64,000 nt of DNA from a virus (taxonomy: Duplodnaviria > Heunggongvirae > Uroviricota > Caudoviricetes). Location of the stretch: IMG/VR virus record IMGVR_UViG_2868597578_000002; one strand, given 5' to 3'. A program made the position numbers and the translations under genes. The first letter of the stretch is position 1. Each line of letters starts with the position of its first letter. This document shows, piece after piece, positions 58,645 through 64,000 of this stretch. A model generated the notes under the pieces. That model saw only the letters and a program-made list of their open reading frames with translations, made no database searches and was not told where the DNA came from.

Positions 58645-59592
58645 ATGCTTAGTAATCTATTAGCTATCATGGCCATAACTATCTACAACCAGATGTACGG
58701 GGCAAGTGCAGTGCTGGAACTTATAACTCGGTATAACAAGATAGCGACCGATGTGATGCAGGTTGGAGGGTTTGCCGCTATGGTCTCAACTGTGAAAGGC
58801 CTGGCGGTAGGTATTACCGTTTTACTGTATCTCATTGACTTGGCAGGTAAGGTGACCGAAAAGAATTTCAGTATCGAGCAGTTTTTTAAAGCAACACTTC
58901 GGTTTGTGGTGTCTTATTTCTTTATTTTATATTCAGATGTAATCACTAATTATCTGATTGAAGCAGGTACAGGAATTACAATTGATACCGTAAAGGATAG
59001 TGGATTCGCTTTTTTTACAGATGACCCGGACAATAAAACACTGCTAATTAATGGAATAAAAGATATGAAAGCGATTGAAACATTAGGCTTCGTCATTTCA
59101 TCAATTATTCCATGGTTATTCTCTATGATAGGAGAAGTCATATTACAGATTGTTCTGATAAGCAGGATTCTGGAATTAGTTGTTATGGTAACTTTCGCTC
59201 CGCTTTCTATTTCAGACATATACCGAGAGGGAACCGCAAGTCCAGGAGTCCAATACATGAAGAGGGTCTTAGCACTTAGTCTTCAGGTTATTGTTATCAT
59301 TTTAATAAATGCAGCGACTCAGGCTATTATTTTTGCAATTATCAACAAAGGTTCAAATGTTACCATTGGACAGACAATAACGGATATTCTCGTAGAAGCA
59401 GAATATTCAGAGTCAAAGAATGTTGCGTTGGCTAATGGTTCGGCAAAGTTTACAGTAGATAGCGTAAGAACTTTTATGAAGACATTGACGGGGCAGGATT
59501 CTCTTGTAAAAGTAATTGGAGTTCTCCTTGCGCGTCTTGGTCTTATTTGGAATTCAATGCCGTTATGTGAAGAGATAACGGGAGCGAAGTAA
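58645..59592 (+). CDS. Polytopic membrane protein, VirB6/TrbL-like T4SS channel component (putative)
   Basis: Five or six predicted TM helices. Gene position immediately upstream of the VirB3-like and VirB4 genes, as in Gram-positive conjugation loci. Confidence 0.45.
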   Translation: MLSNLLAIMAITIYNQMYGASAVLELITRYNKIATDVMQVGGFAAMVSTVKGLAVGITVLLYLIDLAGKVTEKNFSIEQFFKATLRFVVSYFFILYSDVITNYLIEAGTGITIDTVKDSGFAFFTDDPDNKTLLINGIKDMKAIETLGFVISSIIPWLFSMIGEVILQIVLISRILELVVMVTFAPLSISDIYREGTASPGVQYMKRVLALSLQVIVIILINAATQAIIFAIINKGSNVTIGQTITDILVEAEYSESKNVALANGSAKFTVDSVRTFMKTLTGQDSLVKVIGVLLARLGLIWNSMPLCEEITGAK

Positions 59593-59613
59593 AAAAAAGA
59601 GGAGGAATACACG

Positions 59614-60078
59614 ATGATTGAAGTACAGGTTCCAAAGGACGTTTCAACATATGAATCACCTTTGATTGGACCATTGACAGCAAGGCAGGCTGTATGCGTA
59701 GCAGCCGCTGCTGCAGTTGAATATATTTATTATTTGGTTATAAGCACATTAAAGTTGAACCTAACGATGAATACAATCGTATGTCTTGGAATGGTATTTG
59801 CTGTACCTATTTTATATATGGCAATCGGCAAGCCTTATGGGATGAGGCCAGAAACATACATATATTATTACTTCATCCCTTCATTATTGGCACCTAAGGA
59901 TAGACCTTATGTAACAAAGCCTACATATGAAACAATGCTGGATATCATTGAACATATTGAGCAGGAAAACGAACAGAAGAATGGAAGCAATACTAAAAAT
60001 AAAAATGGACAGAAACCAAAGAAAAAAACAAATAAAAACAAAAAGGCAAGAAATAAACAGGACATTATGTATGCGTAA
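59614..60078 (+). CDS. PrgI/TcpE/VirB3-like small membrane protein (putative)
   Basis: 154 aa. Two hydrophobic helices (AVCVAAAAAVEYIYYLVI and IVCLGMVFAVPILYMAI). Directly precedes the VirB4-like ATPase. Lysine-rich C-tail. Confidence 0.45.
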   Translation: MIEVQVPKDVSTYESPLIGPLTARQAVCVAAAAAVEYIYYLVISTLKLNLTMNTIVCLGMVFAVPILYMAIGKPYGMRPETYIYYYFIPSLLAPKDRPYVTKPTYETMLDIIEHIEQENEQKNGSNTKNKNGQKPKKKTNKNKKARNKQDIMYA

Positions 60079-60119
60079 TACATGTCAAATACAAATTATA
60101 TGAGGAGGATTTATAGCTA

Positions 60120-62567
60120 ATGGGATTATTCAGTTCAACCAGCAAAACCGCTGGAAAGAATAAAAAGAATACCAAAAAGAAAAGCCCACTGGAAGTACCA
60201 AAGACAGCTCAGGATAGCATTCCATATATGGGCGTATACGAAAATGGAATCATTCAGGTAGATGAAAATTCATATTCAAAAGCGTATGTAATTCCAGATA
60301 TGAATTTTCTTATTGAAGATACAGAAAAGCAGAAGGAAACATTTGGCAACTTTATGGAACTTCTGGGTTCATTTGGACCAGAAGTACATATTCAGCAGGT
60401 GATTTTTAATAAGACCATTAAGCATGCGGAACTAGAGAGAAAAGTGCTGATTCCAATGAAAAACGATAGGCTTAATGAATATCGTGAAGAAATGAATGAA
60501 ATGCTGATTGATAAGATGTCAAAAGCAAGAAATAACATCATTCATGAAAAATATTTTATTGCAACGGTAGAAGCAGATGACATTACTTCTGCAAAAAATA
60601 CCTTCAGCCGGCTGGATGATGAAATCGAAAGAGGTTTTCAGAGAGTCGCTGGTGAGAAGGCAAATGCGGCCCCTTTAACATTAGTTGAAAGGCTTTCTAC
60701 TTTGTATGATATTTACAATATGGATTCCAATGTTCCATTTTATCGCAGAACAAAAATGAAAAGTGATAAGGTGATGGAGTCTTTTAATATGAGGCATATT
60801 CAAAAAATGGGATTAACATCAAAAGACGTTATCGGCCCGACTGCTCTGACTTTTGAGCGAGATTACATGATTATTGGTGAGACTTATGCGAGAGCAATGA
60901 TGATTACAGACCTGCCTACATTCCTAAGGGGAGACGTCCTGACGGAGCTTTCCAATATGCCGTGTAACATGCTGATGAGTGTACATTATCGTGCACTTCC
61001 ACAGAGCAAATCTATTACGCTGCTGAAAAATAAATTAGTAGATGTAAACGCAAATGTGGTAACTCTTCAGAAAAAAGCATCAAGAAACGGATATTCTGTT
61101 GATGTTATTTCCCCTGAAATCAAGCAGGCATCGCAGGAAGTTGAAAGCCTGATGGGAGACCTGACACAGGATAACCAGAAATTATTTTACACAACAGTAT
61201 CTGCCGTTCTTTTTGGAAAAGACAAGGATGAACTTGATGAGAGCACAAAGCTATTTCAGGCTACGGCAGAACGTTTTATCTGCCAGGCGAAGACGCTTGC
61301 GACACAGCAGGAAGCAGGGCTCAACTCATGCCTGCCATTAGGTGTAAATAAGTTGAAAGTTGAACGACTTTTAAATACCAGAGCGGCAGCGATATTCCTT
61401 CCATTTGCAGTTAAAGAATTATGGCAGGATGATGGCATGTATTATGGATTAAATGGGGTTTCAAGACAGATGATTCTTTACAACAGAACAAGCGCGGTGA
61501 ATGGAAACGGATGCATCTTTGGCGTGCCTGGTTCTGGTAAGTCATTTTCTGCAAAAAGAGAAATCGTAAATATCCTGCTGCATACTGATGACGATGTATT
61601 TGTTATCGACCCTGAGAATGAGTACGCTCCTCTGGCTAAGTTGTTTTTTGGTAGTTCAATAAGGATTGCGCCTGGCTCCGGTGTACATATCAATCCAATG
61701 GATATGGGCCTTGATTATGCATCAGAAGATGGAGGCGACCCGGTAACATTAAAAGCTGATTTCATCGCTTCATTTTGTGAAGCTGCAGCTGGTTCCAGAT
61801 ATCCGCTGACTCCGATTCAGCGTTCAGTAATTGACAGATGTGTAAAAAATGTGTGCAAACAGTATATCGATACTCTTATGGCTGAAGGAAAAAGAGAGGA
61901 CTTAACAATAGCACCTACATTGGTAGACTTTTACAATGAGATTGAAATGCAGCCAGAACCGGAAGCTCATAACCTTGCGCTTGCGCTGGAACGTTTTGTA
62001 AAAGGTACACAAAATTCATTTGCTTTCCGGACAAACGTAGAAATCAACAACCGATTTACCGTATATAACATTAAAGATATTGGAGATGGCATGAAGGCCA
62101 TTGGCCTTCAGGTATGTCTTGATAATATCTGGAATAAGATGATTAGCAACTACAAAAAGGGCAAAAGGACATGGTTGTACTGTGATGAGTTCCACTTGCT
62201 CGCACAGACGGAAGTATCTGCAAAATATACGCAGCAAATTTGGAGACGTGCAAGAAAATGGAATGGAATTCCGACTGGAATCACACAGCAGGTTGAAGAT
62301 ATGATGAAGACCGAAGAAGGCCGAGCAATTGTGGGTAACTCTGAGTTCGTAATGATGCTGTCTATGAATGCATATGGACGTGCTCAGATGCAGCAGATGT
62401 ATAATTTAACAGATGCTGAGATGGAATATATCACAAGCGCAGGTTCCGGGCATGGCCTTATCTACAATGGAACCGATATTATACCGTTTATTGATAGCTT
62501 CCCGAAGGATACTAAGTTGTACAATGCTATGACGACAAAAGTCGGTGAAGGCGAAACGCGAGCGTAA
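60120..62567 (+). CDS. VirB4/TrbE/TcpF-family conjugative transfer ATPase
   Basis: 815 aa. Walker A GVPGSGKSFSAK. Walker B WLYCDEFHLL. Size and gene context typical of VirB4. Confidence 0.75.
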   Translation: MGLFSSTSKTAGKNKKNTKKKSPLEVPKTAQDSIPYMGVYENGIIQVDENSYSKAYVIPDMNFLIEDTEKQKETFGNFMELLGSFGPEVHIQQVIFNKTIKHAELERKVLIPMKNDRLNEYREEMNEMLIDKMSKARNNIIHEKYFIATVEADDITSAKNTFSRLDDEIERGFQRVAGEKANAAPLTLVERLSTLYDIYNMDSNVPFYRRTKMKSDKVMESFNMRHIQKMGLTSKDVIGPTALTFERDYMIIGETYARAMMITDLPTFLRGDVLTELSNMPCNMLMSVHYRALPQSKSITLLKNKLVDVNANVVTLQKKASRNGYSVDVISPEIKQASQEVESLMGDLTQDNQKLFYTTVSAVLFGKDKDELDESTKLFQATAERFICQAKTLATQQEAGLNSCLPLGVNKLKVERLLNTRAAAIFLPFAVKELWQDDGMYYGLNGVSRQMILYNRTSAVNGNGCIFGVPGSGKSFSAKREIVNILLHTDDDVFVIDPENEYAPLAKLFFGSSIRIAPGSGVHINPMDMGLDYASEDGGDPVTLKADFIASFCEAAAGSRYPLTPIQRSVIDRCVKNVCKQYIDTLMAEGKREDLTIAPTLVDFYNEIEMQPEPEAHNLALALERFVKGTQNSFAFRTNVEINNRFTVYNIKDIGDGMKAIGLQVCLDNIWNKMISNYKKGKRTWLYCDEFHLLAQTEVSAKYTQQIWRRARKWNGIPTGITQQVEDMMKTEEGRAIVGNSEFVMMLSMNAYGRAQMQQMYNLTDAEMEYITSAGSGHGLIYNGTDIIPFIDSFPKDTKLYNAMTTKVGEGETRA

Positions 62568-62625
62568 TTTGGGGCAAAAGGGCATGTAGAACATGCCCTT
62601 TTGCTAAATATGGAGGTGATAAAAG

Positions 62626-63972
62626 ATGTGGGCTTTTCCATTAATAGCGGCAGCTGCAGGAATGAAATATCCTCTTATGTATATCTCGTCGTCATTTCTC
62701 GTCAACTGGTACATTGACATTTACACAAATGTTTACGGAATGGACACAACATATGCAGACATCATAGAGAAGTTTAACGGATACTTGAAGCATATGATTA
62801 ATGATAACCCGGTGGCAAGCGCTTTTACGAATATTATTATTGCGATAGGCCTTGTTATGATGCTGTATTATTTCTTTTCGGATTTGTCCGCAAAGGCTAT
62901 GGCTAATCAGCTATCAACATTACAGGTTGGAAAGTCATTTTGCACAGCATTAGGTACGGTATTTGTGATTTTTTACAGTAAACAGATTTTTATATTTATG
63001 CTGACATTTGTTGAAACGCTAAATGGTGAATTTATCAATTTGCAAAACGGCTCAACGGCGGTAAGCAAAATTCTTGGAAACGAAGTGGTGCAGATTCTGT
63101 TAAGCCGATGTGTATATGACCATTTTTCCATTGGGGCTATTATAGGATATACGTTGTCAGCATTGTTGCTTGTTCTGGCAAGTCTTGCAACAAGATTGTA
63201 TGTCACATATTTTGCGGTAACAAGGATTATCCAGTTGTTTGTGTACTATGTTTTTGCTCCAATAGGAGTGGCGGACATTTTTGAAAATGACATTGGAGGA
63301 ACGATTAACTTTCAAAGCAGTGGCTTTAGATACATAAAAACTATGTTTGCAATCATGCTGCAACTGGTAGTGGTAACAATTATCTGTCAAGTATACCCAA
63401 TGATTTTGACTACAATAAATACGGGATATTTTGTTGACCAGGGTGACTCAACCTTAAAGGTTGACGGAAGCAGTGTAAGTATAGAAGATAATTATGCGGC
63501 GGCTATGATTAAAAATAATACGGCTGTCTTATATCCAATAAATAATTTTGAATATACAGACCATAAGGCCAGTATTGTCGAAGTTGTATGGGAAGGGGCT
63601 AATGATATTAAAAACGCATTAAAAGCCGTTGGAGCTGTTGTAAAAGGCGATGATGTGGAGATTGATTCCGAAAATAAAAAAGAAAAGCTAAAGGACAGCG
63701 AAAAATACAAATTGGTTGGTGCAGATGGAATAATAAAAAATACGGGTCGTGATGTTGGCTCTATAAAGAGTGAAGCAGAAGATAAGGCAAAAGAGATTTT
63801 AAAAAATAAAAAATACAGAATGACCATTGAGTCCACAGAACGATTCTTCAAGTGGTGTATAGGTGCAGACGGTGGAAAGATGGTTTTATTTGTTATTTTG
63901 CTCATAACGAAGGTTTTAATGATACATTCATCGGCCAAACTCTGCAGCTACATTACAAATACAAATATATAA
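62626..63972 (+). CDS. Polytopic membrane protein (T4SS-associated, VirB6-like second copy?)
   Basis: Many TM helices in the first ~280 aa, then a soluble charged C-terminal part. RBS tatggaggtgataaaagATG. Confidence 0.4.
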   Translation: MWAFPLIAAAAGMKYPLMYISSSFLVNWYIDIYTNVYGMDTTYADIIEKFNGYLKHMINDNPVASAFTNIIIAIGLVMMLYYFFSDLSAKAMANQLSTLQVGKSFCTALGTVFVIFYSKQIFIFMLTFVETLNGEFINLQNGSTAVSKILGNEVVQILLSRCVYDHFSIGAIIGYTLSALLLVLASLATRLYVTYFAVTRIIQLFVYYVFAPIGVADIFENDIGGTINFQSSGFRYIKTMFAIMLQLVVVTIICQVYPMILTTINTGYFVDQGDSTLKVDGSSVSIEDNYAAAMIKNNTAVLYPINNFEYTDHKASIVEVVWEGANDIKNALKAVGAVVKGDDVEIDSENKKEKLKDSEKYKLVGADGIIKNTGRDVGSIKSEAEDKAKEILKNKKYRMTIESTERFFKWCIGADGGKMVLFVILLITKVLMIHSSAKLCSYITNTNI

Positions 63973-64000
63973 AGGGGGGTGTTGAGTAGTGGACCATTTT

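Noticed and set aside
1-64000. Prophage interpretation
   Set aside because: No terminase, portal, capsid, tail or integrase/recombinase motifs were recognised. The window instead has T4CP, VirB4, VirB3/VirB6-like, NlpC/P60, topoisomerase III, ParM-like and sortase/adhesin genes, which fit a conjugative plasmid or ICE.

Overview
Low-GC, Clostridia-like DNA. It is very gene-dense and almost entirely + strand; the only real minus-strand genes are 33073..33726 and a partial gene at 1..148. The content reads as the backbone of a large conjugative plasmid or ICE, not a prophage: no capsid, terminase or portal genes are present.

Main gene content, from recognisable motifs:
- DNA processing and transfer: a VirD4/TraG-type coupling ATPase (34951..37500), topoisomerase III (37911..40559), a RecD2-like SF1 helicase (40624..42819), a DnaN-like sliding clamp (31863..33014) and a tandem OB-fold SSB-like protein (28595..29449).
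- Gram-positive type-IV secretion (58645..63972): a VirB6-like polytopic membrane protein, a PrgI/VirB3-like protein, a VirB4-family ATPase and a second polytopic membrane protein. An NlpC/P60 cell-wall hydrolase (52509..54290) and a 2484-aa giant membrane protein with a lysozyme-like C-terminus (44952..52406) sit upstream.
- Surface module (10940..18642): signal peptidase I, a membrane-anchored SGNH hydrolase, a class-B-like sortase and two Ig-domain surface proteins. Both surface proteins end in an unusual V-x-T-G-D sorting signal. A BspA-type LRR surface protein lies further downstream (21742..22986).
- Cargo and maintenance: an FtsH-like AAA+ metalloprotease, a CobB-type sirtuin, an SPFH/band-7 protein, a membrane J-domain protein and a ParM-like actin ATPase.
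- Regulation: an element-encoded sigma-70 family factor (24452..25468), plus a conserved motif (T-rich)-GCATATT(R) found about 20 times, 20-60 nt upstream of start codons. It also precedes three ORF-free, structured GC-rich regions.
- Mobile DNA: a tnpB-only IS200/IS605-family element (2290..4440) with a candidate omega-RNA, and a partial tnpB-like gene at the window start.
- Repeats: at least three families of short hairpin-containing interspersed repeats. Several copies lie in frame inside ORFs.

All assignments come from motif recognition in the supplied translations. No database search was possible.
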